A stretch of 64,000 nucleotides of DNA, from NCBI GenBank assembly GCA_030704615.1, contig CM060731.1, positions 60,760,001-60,824,000 of the forward strand, given 5' to 3'. The position numbers and the translations under genes were made by a program. The notes under the pieces are model-generated. The model made no database searches, was not told where the DNA came from, and saw nothing but the letters and a program-made list of their open reading frames with translations. Positions within the stretch are counted from its first letter, which is position 1; every line of letters begins with the position of its first letter. Below, in pieces: positions 26,390 to 40,375 of the stretch. This DNA is from Takakia lepidozioides (taxonomy: Eukaryota; Plantae; Bryophyta).

Positions 26390-26500
26390 AACCCTGCAAC
26401 TGCCCGATGGACAAACTTCTTCCCATGGACCTCTTTGCCTTTTTCCACGGTTGCCAGGCTGGCACATGCCTTGAGGACACAAATGAAAGTGACATGTTCG
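26390..26500 (-). pseudogene. PPR L-motif fragment
   Basis: VTFICVLKACASLATVEKGKEVHG on the minus strand. Confidence 0.65.
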
Positions 26501-26649
26501 GGCTTCACCCCCTCTTGTATCATTTGCACCTAGGTCTCCAAAGCCTCCAACCCACGCCCATGCTGGACATATACTCCAATCGCTATTGCACTCCAGGAGA
26601 CTAGTACATCACGTTCAGCTGTCAAACACTCTCTTATTTCACTCCTTTA

Positions 26650-27620
26650 TCATAGCAAATTCAGGGTCGAGTGTAATGAGAGGGCAAAACAGGCTGAAAT
26701 ATGTTGAACAAGAAGGTGCCCTCACCACATTGTCCTCGACCTTGTGTCATGACCCATGGAGGATTTGACCGACCATCAACCCAAAGAACCTCTTGTGTGT
26801 GTTGTTTGTGTCTCCCGAGAGCCCACATTTACAGGATAGACAAACTTCTTGACATCGTACATTAAGCCAAATGCCACACCTTGCGATTGCGGTTGTCCCA
26901 CATCGTAAAGGATCTTTAAAAAACTCATACCAGCTCCGCACCGTGTTGCAACTTCAGGGCTGAGTCTGATGAGAGCACAAGACAGGCTGAAATAGGTCGA
27001 AGAAGAAGGTGCCCTCACCACATTGTCCTCGACCTTATGTCCTGACCCATGGAGGATTCGACTGACCATGAACCCAAGATGACCTCTTGTGTGTGCTGCT
27101 TGTGTCTGTAGTCAGGTAATGTCGGATTGGTCCGTGAGAACCACCACAGTGCAACTGAGTGGGTAGAGATTGAAACGCGACCTGCTAAGACAAAGTTGAC
27201 TCTCCCAAGAACCTTGTAAACATCAGGAAGAATACCAAATCATGGTACTAACAGGAGCCGAGAGCCCACATTTGTAGGATGGACAAACTTCACATCGTAC
27301 ATTAAGAAAAAACCACACCTTCCGATTGCGGTTGTCCCACCATCGTGAAAGTCAAAAACTCATGCCTGCTCTGCTTTGTGCTGCAAATGTAGGGCCAAGT
27401 CTGATGAGAGGGCAAAACAAGCTGAAATATGTCGAAGAAGAAGGTGCCCTCACCACATTGTCCTCGACCTTGTGTCTTGACCAATGAAGGATTCGACTGA
27501 CCATGAACCCAAGATGACCTCTTGTGTTTGCTGTTTGTATCTATAGTCAGGTAATGTCGGATAGGTCTGTGAGAGCGGCCACGGTGCATTCGAGCAGGTA
27601 GAGATTGAAATACGGCCTTA
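26650..27620 (-). repeat. Three tandem copies of the leader (putative transit-peptide) region of the OSB-PDF/PPR family
   Basis: gaagaaggtgccctcaccacattgtcctcgacc...gacccatggaggatt recurs at ~26710, ~27000 and ~27440. The same sequence precedes the WWDN exons at ~43010 and ~47760. Confidence 0.75.
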
Positions 27621-28289
27621 TCGCGATGCTTTGACACTAGGAATACACAGATCCCAAAAAACACTAAGTCCCAACCCTGCACTCTGCGACCTAGCAACCC
27701 TAAATTCGAGCCAACCTTTTGAATTTTTTGAACGTTTTGCACCCTAACAATATATAAAATGATTATATATTCCATGTTATTATGTGAAGGTATTTTTAGC
27801 TTTATATATTTGTGTATATATATATATATATATATATTCACCTCGAAGTCATATTGTTGCAGCCGTTAGATGCACTTGCATCCAACACACCACAATATTT
27901 CAACCATGCAAGCAATAATATGTAGACACGTCGTCATTTGCAATCACATCCTCGTTCTATTGCATCCATTTATCTTTGTATTTTCCACATAGACACTTCT
28001 TAGGCAACCAGCAATCGCCACGTGCAGTCGTGAATACTGGCAGTCATACATTCCCACGCCCACGTCATCCTGTTGCAGTTTTGGCCATGACTCCTAGTCG
28101 TATTTACCATCTTTCCCTATCTGGTCAAATGTGTTTGACCGCAAATCCTGACGTGGCGGAGGTACAAGGTGGCATATACAACTTCTGGTGGTCACAATTG
28201 GCAACCAGGATTGCCCCCTTGCATTTTGTAGACATATGTGCTACGACTGGGCAAATGTGGCAGACGTTAAAGCCGGGATCTGTTGTAGT

Positions 28290-28477
28290 GACCGCAGGTA
28301 CCATGTTCCCCCTCGGATCAACAATTTGTTTCTGTGCAACATGCTCTTTGTGCTTACCTGCAATGAGAGCAAGAACCTCATCACCTCATCATGATGCCAA
28401 TTTGTCTGTCTCTGTCGTGAAGGACCTCTCCCCCTCTTCCTCCCCCTCCTCCCCCTTCCACGCCCTCTTCCTCGCAA
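28290..28477 (-). pseudogene. Possible Myb/SANT(trihelix)-like fragment of transposon origin
   Basis: RG-rich N-terminus, then RQTNWHHDEV and (frameshifted) KHKEHVAQKQIVDPRGNM. Resembles Harbinger-type Myb-like ORFs, but the match is weak. Confidence 0.3.
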
Positions 28478-29732
28478 TGTGATGAGACCTCTGGCACCGC
28501 TATTGCTCCCTATAGAAAACCCAATGGTTAGTGCCCCTTGTGGTTTCCTTGTGTGTGGGGGGGGTCAATCCTGTTGTGACCTATACAGCTGTGGATGTGA
28601 ACAATCCATTGTAGAATTGAGGTTCTTAAGATACCTGGTCTCACCGTGTGTTGCTGTTGCATGGATGCAAACAATTTGATAATGGCTGATTATGACACAG
28701 GCTTAAAATGATGTTTTGGTAGTTTGTGCTGTCAGGTGGAAAGAAAGAGCAAAATTGATTAGAAAGGGTAATATGAATGATTGGTAGAGTGCAGGTGTAG
28801 GAGGAGAAGTACTTGCTGGACCTGCAAAGAGTGGATAGGCTCTGGCTATAACTTGTGCAGGATTTCACTTCGTAGCCAGATGTAGCTGATGACTGCTTTT
28901 TGATGGCTTCACGGTGCAACCGTTACTGCCCCAACTTGCTTGTGCCCACAACAATGTTACCTTCACTCTTTGATTGTGCAATGACTGGCATCACTATCCA
29001 ACACAGGTCTTTTGCCCTGCCATATTGTACCAAATAGGATCCCTGTTTCACTTGTAGCATTTCTCCTATAGTGACCTTTACAACCTTTTTAAAACTTTTT
29101 GCCAGTGGAGGACGAAGATGTAGTCCACGTTCCTGCTCCAGCGGTTGTGAGGATATTTGAGTTTCGCAACTTTGTTGCTCTTCCGTAGTTCACTCTCTCC
29201 CAATTATGTGAATATTGCTTGCTACCTGCAATTTGATTGTGATCTTGTAATTGATGGAGTGACGCCGCTGTATGCAATGACAACTCTTTGCTAATTCTCA
29301 GGGGAAAACACCAACCGACCAAGAGGAGTGGATTAAAGCGCACGGGGAACACCTCAAAGGGGAAAAAATCACACATTGGGAGAAAAAAACCCACCAAAGA
29401 AAAACCACATAAGGGAATAAAACACAGGAAGAAAACCCCAAGGAATATCCACGGGTTTTTTTTTTCCAAAAGGTTGGAAGGGAAAGCCCACCAAATTCCC
29501 TCCGTTGCACAGCTCCCTGTGACTTGTTCTTTTCAAGCACTCTAAAAGGGCAAAAACATTATATTTCCTTTAGGGAATGTGCCAGAAGCTCCTTGTCTAG
29601 CTTGAAGGATTCAACGCTGCAAACTGTTTTGGTCTATACAAAACTAGAGCTTTAGTAACCCATCTACACCTTTACTGGCTTTACTGGGTTCGCTAGAGGC
29701 AGTGAGTTCACATCGTCTTTATGCTGAGAAGA

Positions 29733-32700
29733 TCAGTTCGGGTTGGAGGGGTGGGTGGTGGTGGTGGTGGTGGTTTCTGAGCAGACACTACTGTTAACCA
29801 CATCATCTCCCACTTTAGAGGTGGTCTCATGGACCTGAGTAACAATTTTCTTCACCCCATCTGCAATCGACTTGGAAGCCGTAGCAGCTGCGTCAACCAC
29901 CCCTTGTTGGATGTGGGTGGCAGCATTCTTGGTCGCTGCTTCGCCGTCGCTAAGAGACTGGGATGCCGCATCTGCAATCGACTTGGAAGCCGTAGCAGCT
30001 GCGTCAACTACCCCTTGTTGGATGTGGGTGGCAGCATTCTTGGTCGCTGCTTCGCCGTCGCTAAGAGACTGGGATGCCTGTTGCATCAAGGAGCTCGCCT
30101 GTTGGGCAAGTCCCTCTACGGCCAACGGTTGGCGCCTTAGCGCATCCATCACTGCCTGTTGGATTTGAGAAACCATCGCTTGGTTGATCGTAGGGCTTCC
30201 GTTGGCTTGAGGGATGTGTATAACGAATGCTTGGCCTCCCTGAGTCCCTTGGTTGAAGAGGGAGGTCGCCTCTTGGACAATTCCCGATAGTTGTCCTGGA
30301 GACAGTGAAGAGTTTTGGGAAGCCACATTTGACAGACCCTGTTGGATCAGAGTGCTGGCGTCCCGGGTGATAGCTGGTAAGTATGCTGCTGCAGATGCTT
30401 GGCCCATGGAAATAGTATCCCTCGTTGTTTGCTGGAGTAGGGAGGCGGCCTCTTGAGCCCTTTCAGGCCACTGCCCGATGGTCGACGAAATGCTTTGAGG
30501 GCCATTGATCAGCCCCTGTTGGATGTCGATGATTGCGTCCTTGGCGGCAGGCAAGTAAGCAGCAGCCGTCGCTTGGCCTGCACTCACAGCGGTAGCCCCC
30601 TCTTGGAGGAGAGAGGCAGTCTGTCGGGCAAGTTCTGGTAGGTTGCTTTGGGTGGCGACATTGCTCACGGCTTGTTGTATCTGGGCAGAAGCATTTGTCA
30701 CCCCCTGTTGAATTTCATTGACGGCGTTCATCGTACCCTTTTGGATTGAGGCCACCTCGTTGGAGATGCCCGGCATATACACAGCACGCGCATCCTTGGC
30801 ATAGGAACTGGCTGACTCATCGATTTTGTTAATCCCATCCTTCACCGCTTTCTCAACTTTTGTATTAGATTCTAGATCCTGCACCCCTTGCTTGGCTGCC
30901 TCCTTGGCAAAATTCTGCAGACCACCAGGTCCCCCTTTGCCAGTAACCGCAGCCTCAATTCCAGAAAACAGAGATAAGGCCTCCTGGCCCAGAGAGGGTT
31001 TTGCACCTCCACCTGCACCTCCGTCCTGGCCAAGTCCCACAATTTCGGTTACCTTGACTTTGGAGTCAGTAGTCGTTTCGGCAGGCTTCAGGGGGGGCAG
31101 GGGGTGAGTAAGTCCGTTTCTTGCGGCTGGTGAGAATGCGAAAACAGAGGTGATCACAGACCCCACCAGCAATGGCAACGTCTTAACTATTGTTCCAGGC
31201 ACATGTTTGTAATAGCAGGTTGACACTGGGCTTGTCAGCAGCGTCAGAATTGCAAACGCGGCTCCTGACAAAAAAGCATGAATGAAGTCTAGAGGCTTCA
31301 ACTTGTACTGTCCATCGGCATCCATATATGTACGTTTTCCCTTTTGCAACAGGCTGCCCTCGAATGCAGGGTTCCAGAGCCCATAGGGTGTCACAACTCC
31401 ATGATAGACTTTCCCATTGTCAGCCTGCGTTCAGTGTATTATCCCGGAGCCACGAGCTCAGTCAATTTCCAGACACTTGAACCAATACCTAACAGCGTTT
31501 ATGTGAAGTTATATGCTAATTTGTAACGTGAGCCATGAAGGTCGGGGTCCTGTGAGGAACTCTTACATTTACACTATGATTAAGGGTATTGTGGTATGTC
31601 AGAAGATTACGCATAGACTCACTTGAGAATGTCCATACTCAGACATGCACTTGCTGAGAGGCTCGTTCACAATAGCTACAAACCATCTGAACGCCAGTTC
31701 ACCTGGCTCAGATCAACTCAAAGTGTGCATATGTGATACTTACCTCAACCGCACTGCCAGCAGATCAGAGAACAAGAACACTTTCTGTTCAGTACTTAAA
31801 TCTTCAATGTGGGCACAAACTTCGTTATCTATTGACATAAATATCTGTTGCGGTTGCACTTCGTATGTAACTGCAAAGGTGTCGTTCAATCAGCCTGAAG
31901 ACTATCTAGACTAAACAATCCTCTTGGCAATGTCTTTAGTGGACCATGCACATATCCATTATAGCATCCCCTACCTGGAAGGCACTGGGCGATTATGTTT
32001 GTTAATACAAAGTCCCAGATGAGATCTCCATACATTGTGCAGTGATCATGCCTCCAAACTTATCTCCGCTAGGAGGGTCAACAGCTACATTGGAACTCGG
32101 GATCTAGAGACAGTCTTGTGTGAAGGAGAAACTGTTCCGTTCGAGTTATAATTATATGCGTGGACCAACAGAAGTACGCGACGACCTTCTCCTACAAACT
32201 TGGGATCACGCAACGCACCCTTTGAGAGCGTACACCTCGCGGGATCCCAACACCTCCGGAACCCCTTGTGAGTTTTGGCCGGTCCCATAAAGTTTCGTTC
32301 AATGGAGAAGAGAGACGAGTATTATAGTAGTCCAGAGAGAGGTCTTGATCCTCATAGCAAGGGAAGGGAGGCTTATGACACATGTTAGTTATAAAAGGGC
32401 TAGAGACTGGTCATCAACGAGGAAAAGCTGGGAATTGGGAACTACCAGTTTGCAAGCAGGATATACAGATAACCATAATGACTGCTGACCAGTGTGATAA
32501 TATCATGTACAGCGTGAGTGCTAAAGCAAGGCACATACAACAACAGGCTATATTGATCCGGAAGGTATTGACACTTTGTCTTCTGGACAACAGTGGGTAC
32601 TTGGCGATTCCTTGGAAGCTCTCCACAGTGTCTTCAGAATTTCTGGCGGTCGATGCAACATATCAACGATCTCGAGGCTGACTAAACGGACCCCTCCTCT

Positions 32701-34443
32701 TGTTAGTGTTGGACATCCATTTCAGTACTACTTGGTTTATGAACATTAAAGACTGACAAATTCTGCCCGGGCCACTTAGCAAAGGCTTCCCGTACTCCCT
32801 CATCGGCGCCAGTATAAGATCCGATTCACTACAAACCCGTTCGTTTAGAATGGGTACACTGCAAGCTCATCTGCCTACGGATCACTATGTCTTTCCTGTG
32901 GAATATAAAGGTCACCGGTTCTGCCTCCAAAATAAAATAAGAAAGAGGCTCAAGTTCGCGATCAACTTTTATTTAGCATGATGTCAATGCAGCCATGATC
33001 TAACAACTTAGTTTTCTCGAAACTCAGACTGATGCCAATGCGAACTGTTAAAACAGCTGAATGGATTGAACCTGAATCCTGGGATTGTGACCACGTAGCT
33101 CGGGTACCTGCACCCGAACATTCTGTGTGGCAACAGAGCGCGCATATTAAGTCAGAGAATTCCTGCCTAAACTTCCTAAAGGTGTCGCGCCAACCTATGC
33201 TGATCCTCGGGATGAGAATCCTACTGCTTCCAGACTATGAAGACCAAATGCACAAAATTTTGCACTCCGGAATATGGCCATAATCAGTAAGAACTAATAT
33301 AGTAGTACATGATAAACGGATTCATGTATTTCATGGTTAATAGCGCGTCACTGTCAAATCAGCGCAATCTGTATGCTTACAAATCTAGATTTTCGGTGAT
33401 CAAAACAATACATGAACTCACCAAATCTTCTATGCTGCATTGCAAGAGAAGATCATGCGGCTGAAACGAGAGTAGCTGCGCTGGATAAATGCAGGCACAG
33501 TTAATCCTGATCTGATATAGAAAATGCTATAATTAGGGCCTTCAGTATGTGAACAACTTTCACATACGTTGGACGAGCTGTTTAGTGGGTTGGTCCCCCC
33601 TGGGCATCCATTGCCCAACTGTTAACACTGGCGCAGCTCAGGGTGGCGTCCAGCTATAAAAGCTCTAGAACTAGTGAACCTGAATATATATCGAGGATCT
33701 CCTTGCCACTCTGTACATCTTTCTGGTGGTCGATGATCATACTGTGATTCAAGTACCATTGGTTTCTTGAACTATGTGACTTGCGGTGACAACGGGCAGG
33801 ACATGAGTATAAAATGGCGAGCCTACAGGTACCATCTATGGTTGTCTGTAACACGAGGCGCTGTGTTGAAGTTTCCCGCATTACATTTTGCGACTCAATA
33901 AATACCTACGACAAGCAAAGAAGGAAGAGGCTAGGACAGGAAAGGAAGCCCATATGACTTGATCATATAGGGCACAGTACCAATTCAGCAGTCTTTTAAA
34001 GCTTGTGCAATTATCAGAAGGAACAAGGGAGTATGGTGATGCCATGTACAAGCCAGGAACTTCTATCGATCATGACGGAGGATATTGAAGTTCACGTGGA
34101 GATCTATATTCCAGATACACCATGTGATAATTCTGTGATTAAACATGGGAGAGTAACTAGAGCTACAAACCTGGTAGGTATCGGTGAAGCAGACGACAAT
34201 ACACGTGGAAGCAAGAATGCACAGCATTACAGCGGTCACTGCCTTCTCAACAGTCCCGCACACACCGTCGTTTGTAGCCAATGGCGCCAGAGTCTGAAAC
34301 AGCAGAAATGTGTTGGCAGGTAGTAGCTTGGTGATGTTTCCCACCATATTTTGGTCCGATGGGAGGGTCCTGGGATAGCTTTTGGCGTAGGTGTAGCTTT
34401 CCGTTGTGGTAGTCTCTTTCGTCGCGGGCGGGGCGCTGGCCAT
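29733..34443 (-). CDS. DMP: DMP/DUF679-family membrane protein with long Gln/Ala-rich C-terminal extension (~654 aa; exons 34443-34171 and 31424-29733)
   Basis: Exon 1: MASAPP...GNITKLLPANTFLLFQTLAPLATNDGVC...CFTDTYQ|gt. Exon 2: ag|ADNGKVYHGVVTPYGLW...YKLKPLDFIHAFLS...CYY...P..RNGL. These are DUF679 signature motifs. The phase-0 intron joins the exons in frame with no stops. Confidence 0.9.
29858..30078 (-). repeat. Near-perfect 111-bp (37-codon) tandem duplication inside the DMP tail
   Basis: SQSLSDGEAATKNAATHIQQGVVDAAATASKSIAD occurs twice. The anchor ctgcaatcga is at 29861 and 29972. Confidence 0.9.
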
Positions 34444-35944
34444 TGTGAGAGGTGTATAAGCGACTGGGCTGCAGAACAAGAAAGAGAAGTAAGCAGTCAA
34501 GCAAGAAAAGTAGTTCAAAATAAAAACCAGCAGACGGCACTACCTAGGATGCAACCGAATGTTCCACATAAGAGAATAAAGAGACGGAAAGTAGTAGTAG
34601 GAATAGGCCACAAAAGAAAGGAAGGAAGGAAGGAACTGACAAGAGAGAAACTGGGAGTTAGAACAAGTCTCACATGAGAGTCTGGGGAAAGTTATGGCTG
34701 CAGGAGAGAGGGATCAAAGATGGGCAGAGAGACGGAGAGAGCTGGGAAAAACAGCTGCTCCACTGCGATAGAAACGAAAAAGATTAGTGATACAAACAGA
34801 ACCAATCGAGAGAATGTGGATCGGTCTGATTTCGTGTACATAGACTGATGAGACTCCGAGCCCAGAGAAACTATTTTTAGGCGAGGTAGATGACGAGGTG
34901 GGGCCATGACCCTATACCCCACCACAAGAGGAACAATTAATGGCGATGGAAGCATTCAAAGGAGGGCACGAGGCAGCAGGATGTAAACCAATGCATTGAT
35001 GCCATATATGCTGCAAGTCATAAGACCTGGGGTCTCTATGTCTGCCTCAGACAACCAAATGCTCGGACAGCTCCGACGTGGTGGGGCTCACGGATATTCC
35101 GTCAGCTCTTATATTGACCGCAGCACTCCCAACCCCCCACAAAATCAACTTTTCTCAAGACTGTTTTGGGCACCTTGTTACTAAACACTGGAACCACGCA
35201 AGGATATACCGTACTCGCGCAGATCTCTTGCCAGTTCTTTGAGGCTATGGTTTTTCACTGATCATGCGCTTACTGCAATCTTCCTTGGAGCCTCTTTGCT
35301 TCCCCCATCAACCTCTTCGACACTGAAATCTACAACTTTCTACACTATAAGAGACGACCACATTTTGGAGTATATTCCAGCCTGTTGAAGATATGGCCCA
35401 ACTGGATTTTGATCATGTGATTCTTGTGGAATGAAGGTGTCATACGCTACTGGCCCACCAGCTCACCTCTCCATGTATTGTGGTACTAGACCCGCCGTCC
35501 CATGGTAGGCACTAGGCCCACTAGGCACGCACTTGTGTTTTCGTCTCACTCTTTCCACACTCTCGGGGGCTATCCTTCTCGGCTTTACCCCTTACAAGTA
35601 CAGTACCTAGTTGACCAAGGCCGTACCCAAGCCATCCGCAACCGAGACAGGCTGCAGAATCTAGCGTGCATGTGCAATGCTTGCATGAGGGCTGCGCGGC
35701 ATGTGAAGAGCGTGGACCAACATATCAGGTGACGGTGGTCCCCCATGGGCCCCACTTCATCATTTTCCCCACTCCAATTTGTTTTCATCTTTACCTTTTC
35801 CCAGGATGCTTTGCTAATTTTTGTCTGGCAAGTAATTTAGATAAACCTGATTTCCCCCCTCCCTAATTACTCAGGATAATTACCTGGCATACTTAGCTTC
35901 TTCCGGCTGATGCCGGTTCTGCATTCAGAACTGGCTATGGCCCG

Positions 35945-36595
35945 GAGGGATAGCAAACTTGGAACTCTTGGGAATGTCAAACAACTCCATGAATCCTCAA
36001 CCCTCCTCAACCCTTACAACGCGTTCCGGACCGTATGTGCCCCTCTTTTCCAGGGTGGCCGATATAGACATTGCCTTTCCGGCTTGTCCTACGAATAACT
36101 TTTACGCACCGAAAGTTGAAAGTCTGCCCGTTCACTAGAATGAAAAATATTGCCAAGAGAGCCAAATAAACCGGAGTTACACAAACTTGAAACTTGTGGG
36201 AATGTGAAACAACTACTGGAATCCTCAACCCTTAACATCGTGGATTTTGGACCGTCTGCGCCCGTCCTTTCCAGGGTGGGCGATATTGACTTCGCCATTT
36301 GGGCTTTATCCAAAAAAACCCCCAAAAGTCGGCCCATTTTGTAGTATGAACCATATCACCAAGAGAACTGGTCGAACAAACTGGAGGAAGCTTGGAACTC
36401 TTGGGAATGTGAAACAACTCCCGGAATCCTCAACCCTTAACATAGTAGATTCTCGACCGTCTGCGGCCGTCTTTTCCAGGGTGGGCGATCATTTGCGCTT
36501 GTCCAAAAAAGCTCTACCAGCACCTTTTACCCCCCAAAAAGTTTCTCTAGTATGAACAATATCACCAAGAGAATTGGCCGTACAAACTGGAGGTA
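35945..36595. repeat. Imperfect tandem repeat, ~205-230-bp unit x3, probably TE-internal
   Basis: cttggaactcttgggaatgt.aaacaact...gaatcctcaaccct and ttccagggtgg recur at ~35958, ~36187 and ~36391. Confidence 0.75.
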
Positions 36596-37849
36596 CGTAG
36601 TACGTACGCGGGAGGCAGACCATTGAGCATATTTGAGGGGGGCGCTCTGGACTATGTGCTCCCACTATGATGAAAGGGCCCTAGAAGTCTTAATATCCAT
36701 TTACCTGCGTCTATTTGGTTACACGGATCGAGGATCCCCCAAGGCCACCCTGCTTGCAGATCTGAGTCCAGGAGATTGCAGGCCTGACGAATTGAGAGGC
36801 AATTGTAATGAAACTACTCAAAAAATAAAAATAAAAATATAGATGCTTCCCCAAGGGAGCGTAAATTATGGTGTCTCTTCACCAGAAGGGCTAGGTAGTG
36901 CCTTCCAACTGAAAGGTGGACACCTTCATGCCACATCCAACGTGGTATGTGCCCTTTACCACTGGGCTACATGCTGGTTGTCCAGACTACTCATACGATT
37001 CCTCTGAGAACAATGATTCTTTTGATTGGAAACATATACTATGCCAAAACATTAGGAACAATGTATAATAGCATAGGCATATGATCTTATGGTACTTTGT
37101 CCAGATTTAGGCGATCTCTTGTCCTCGATCGCTTGTTCTTTTTGGACCTCTTCACCTTCTCTTTGTAAAGTTTTATGGGCGTCTGCTCTGCTCCCCTTTT
37201 TCAAAAAAAAATTAAAATACAATGGCTGCCACCATCTGCACGTAACCTTGGCTTCTCACTCTTTACATGAGGTAAATGGCACTAGCTGATTATGAAATGC
37301 TAAATGTGAATTAATAGTCATCCAATTTGGTAGAAGTTACCTAGGCTTGACTCTCACCTCCATGTCATCTATGTGAAAGGGTTTCCAAGTCTGACATTTA
37401 ACACGCCCATGTCTTACAGTACTCAGGGTGTGGTGAAATCCTTCATCACTTTGTATTTCATGCAGGACAGGGGGCTTAGCAAAGATGATTTTTTCAAGCT
37501 AACTGAGTTTGGTGGTTTATATCATTAATTGGGGCTGATATGTCCTAATTATCTTTGAACAGGCTTCCAGTAGCCAATTTCTGATTAAATTATAGTAGTT
37601 GATCCTAACTTTTTAACTGCTCTGTAGTGAGTAATTGGCCGTTTATGGAAGTTCCAAACTAATGGAAACTTGGTGGTGATCAATGCAAAAGAGCGACCTT
37701 CTGGATAATACCCTATCTTCCTGGAGCCGTATGCTGTCAGGGATCCCGGGTAAGATAATGTGTTAAGGGGAAGGCTGATACAAGTGCATTGCAGGAACTT
37801 GGTCTTCAAGAGTGCTGGCCCATGAACTATGTTGATTGGCAGTAGCATC

Positions 37850-38012
37850 TGCCATACCCAAGAGTGCCCATCACACGCATCGATACATAATGGCTTTGCC
37901 CTTCAGGTGCCAACTTAGCAAGTCCAAAATTTGCTACCTTGGCATTGAAGTTATACTTCAGCAATATATTAGAGGCCTTCAAATCTCTATGGATCACACA
38001 AGGCTGAGAGTG
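37850..38012 (-). pseudogene. Receptor-like kinase fragment (subdomains VIb-VIII)
   Basis: [52 protein letters not shown] is degraded to NFG and the piece is isolated. Confidence 0.85.
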
Positions 38013-38019
38013 CAAGTAA

Positions 38020-38830
38020 GCCAGCCCCCTTGCTGCCCGTATGAAACCACATCTAGTTGGGCCATACTGTCAAACCCTTGATGCGCATCCCTTATGCTCC
38101 CAGATGTCAACAAGGGTGTTATCCAAAATGATGTGTTATCCAAAATGATATCCCACACAATTCCACTTTTGCTGATGTCAGCGGAACCTGCTTGCCCTTC
38201 TCCAGGGCTCCTAGGCTGGCACGCGCATTGAGAATACAAGATAAGGCGACCCTGTTAGGAGTCATCCTGTCTTGCTGCATTCTCTCATATATCTTGAAAG
38301 CCTCCCTGCCACATCCATGTTGAGCATACCCTGCAATCATGGTGTTTCATGATACTATATCTCGTTTAGCCATATTGTCAAAAGCTTGACGCGCATCCTT
38401 TATGCTCCCACATTTTGCATACATGTCCACAAGCGCAGTCTCCAAATTTATGTAGCATGCAATTCCAGATTTAATCAGGTCAGCATGGACTTCTTTGCCC
38501 TTCTCCAAGGCTCCTAGGCTGGCACATGCATTGAGAACACAAGTGACTGTGACCTTGAGAGAGGGAGAGAGAGGGAGAGAGAGCACTGCCTTATCATTTC
38601 AATCATGCGATTTGTTCAATCAGGCACCATAGGCTCGACCAACGAACATGTGCGCCCCCCTTGCCAACCTCAATACAGGATCGACCTGGCTCCTTTCTGA
38701 CACCCCTGACCTTCATCATGTTTCTCACCTTTGCAGTATCATTCACCCGCCAGCTGCAGCATAGATGTTTGATAGCAACACATAAGTCGCAGCATCCTGT
38801 TCATCCCACGTGAGGATGGATGTTGCCGCA
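38020..38830 (-). pseudogene. Scrambled PLS-PPR and E-domain fragments
   Basis: VLNACASLGALEKGKEVHADLIKSG..ETALVDMYAKCGSIKDARQAFDNMAKRDIVS and MIAGYAQHGCGREAF. An E-domain piece, DAATYVLLSNIYAAAG..KVRNMMKVRGVRKEPGRSCIEV (~38650-38810), lies upstream of the PLS motifs, i.e. out of normal order. Confidence 0.85.
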
Positions 38831-39189
38831 CGTTCAAGCGAATTCTCTCTCTGTAGGCATGGACATTGTCTTATGTACAAAGTCTAATGGACTGCCAACT
38901 AGTGCTGCAGCGGCCCCATTGTCACTTGCTGTACGAGTCAGCAGCTAACGGGCCAATGGGTTTCACTTACGTTGCACCATAGGTGGGGCTATTGGCCCTT
39001 GTTGAAGAACTATCTCTTGAGATGTATGTGTACTACCATTCCACCTTCGTCATGGTCACTTTTTGGCAGCTGTATATTCCACCTATTATTACTTCTCTTC
39101 CTGAGTTGTCCTGGAGGAGATTATTGGATAGATGATCAACAATTCACTGTTTCATGAAGTTCTTCCAGCAAACACCCCAACCCTACTAT

Positions 39190-39460
39190 AGTAACATGTC
39201 AAAATCACTCCAAAACCACCATAGATCCACCAGCGAGCTTCTCCTCATCTATGTTATCTGTTTTTTGATACTTTCATGCTGCCACATCGGTAGTAACTTG
39301 TCAAAGTCACTCCTAACCATCACAGATCCACCCAACGAGCTAACTTACAGAAATCAATATGCATCTCAAGGCCGAGTCTGATGAGAGGGTAAAACGGGCA
39401 GAAATAGGTTGAAGAAGAAGGTGCCCTCACCACATTGTCCTTGACCTTGTGTCATGACCC
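39190..39460 (-). pseudogene. Truncated OSB-PDF/PPR paralogue 5' exon
   Basis: Contains the family leader and the KYQKTDNIDEEKL segment, truncated before the WWDN core. Confidence 0.6.
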
Positions 39461-40132
39461 TCCAGTGCTTCGTATTTGCCCTCTGGATCTGAGCTGGCCA
39501 TCCCACACCACCCAAAAAACTATATTGTATAAGCTATGGCCAAGCATGCTTCTCTCACTCTCTCTTTCTGGCCCTGGCTATGGCAAACATGAGTACATTC
39601 TCTCTGTGGCCTTGTTGGCGTCTCATTGCTGGGCAGCTCACATGTGGCAGATTGATACTTGTGTGCAAGGCTTTGTAGAGGATATCTGAAAAGCCCATAC
39701 TGATTGCTTATACCAATGTCACAGAGTGACTCACAAAGATAGTGTCTGTTCCCTTTGTTCTGCCAAACTGGGCGCAGGGTCTATGGCCACAGGGCCACGG
39801 CAAGCAACATCTCATGAGTACATCGTCTCTCTAGATAAGAATGGTGCTGTCATACCAAGACTACTACAACAGATCCCATCAGTACTCTTTACTTCATTTG
39901 CCTTTGGGCTGGAAAACCACTGGGCTGGGTGACCTACCCAGAAGTCCCCATGCTGCACTCACTGTTTGAAGTTCCACTTAAACTAGGTGCAGGTCTACGG
40001 CCACAAGGCTACGGCAATCAACCTCTCATGAGTACATTCTCTCATATAAGAGTTCTTGCTAGGCTATACAGGAGTGAATAGAACGCACATAGAACACAAT
40101 TTGGTATTAATAGCATAAGGGACATAGAATAC

Positions 40133-40375
40133 CCTGGTCAGTGACCTTCTGGGAGCCTCAAATAGCTTCAATGGCAGCATTCCAACTTTTGGCTGACAAC
40201 TGGAACTCCTTGAAAACTTGCTGTCCGAAACATTTGTCTTGGACAAATCCAAACACCAAATGTTCCACAGAAACAACTGAATCACCATATTCCTTCTTGT
40301 GGCCACGGGCCCTGTTTATTATTAAGGCCTCCAAATCACGACCCAAAATTGATCCACTTGTATCCCCTCTAACCT
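40133..40375 (-). pseudogene. CLPB: Organellar ClpB (ClpB3/B4-like) N-domain exon fragment
   Basis: GDTSGSILGRDLEALI.NRAR.HKKEYGDSVVSVEHLVFGFVQDKCFGQQVFKEFQLS...AIEAI*GSQKVTDQ. One in-frame stop; single exon. Confidence 0.85.
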
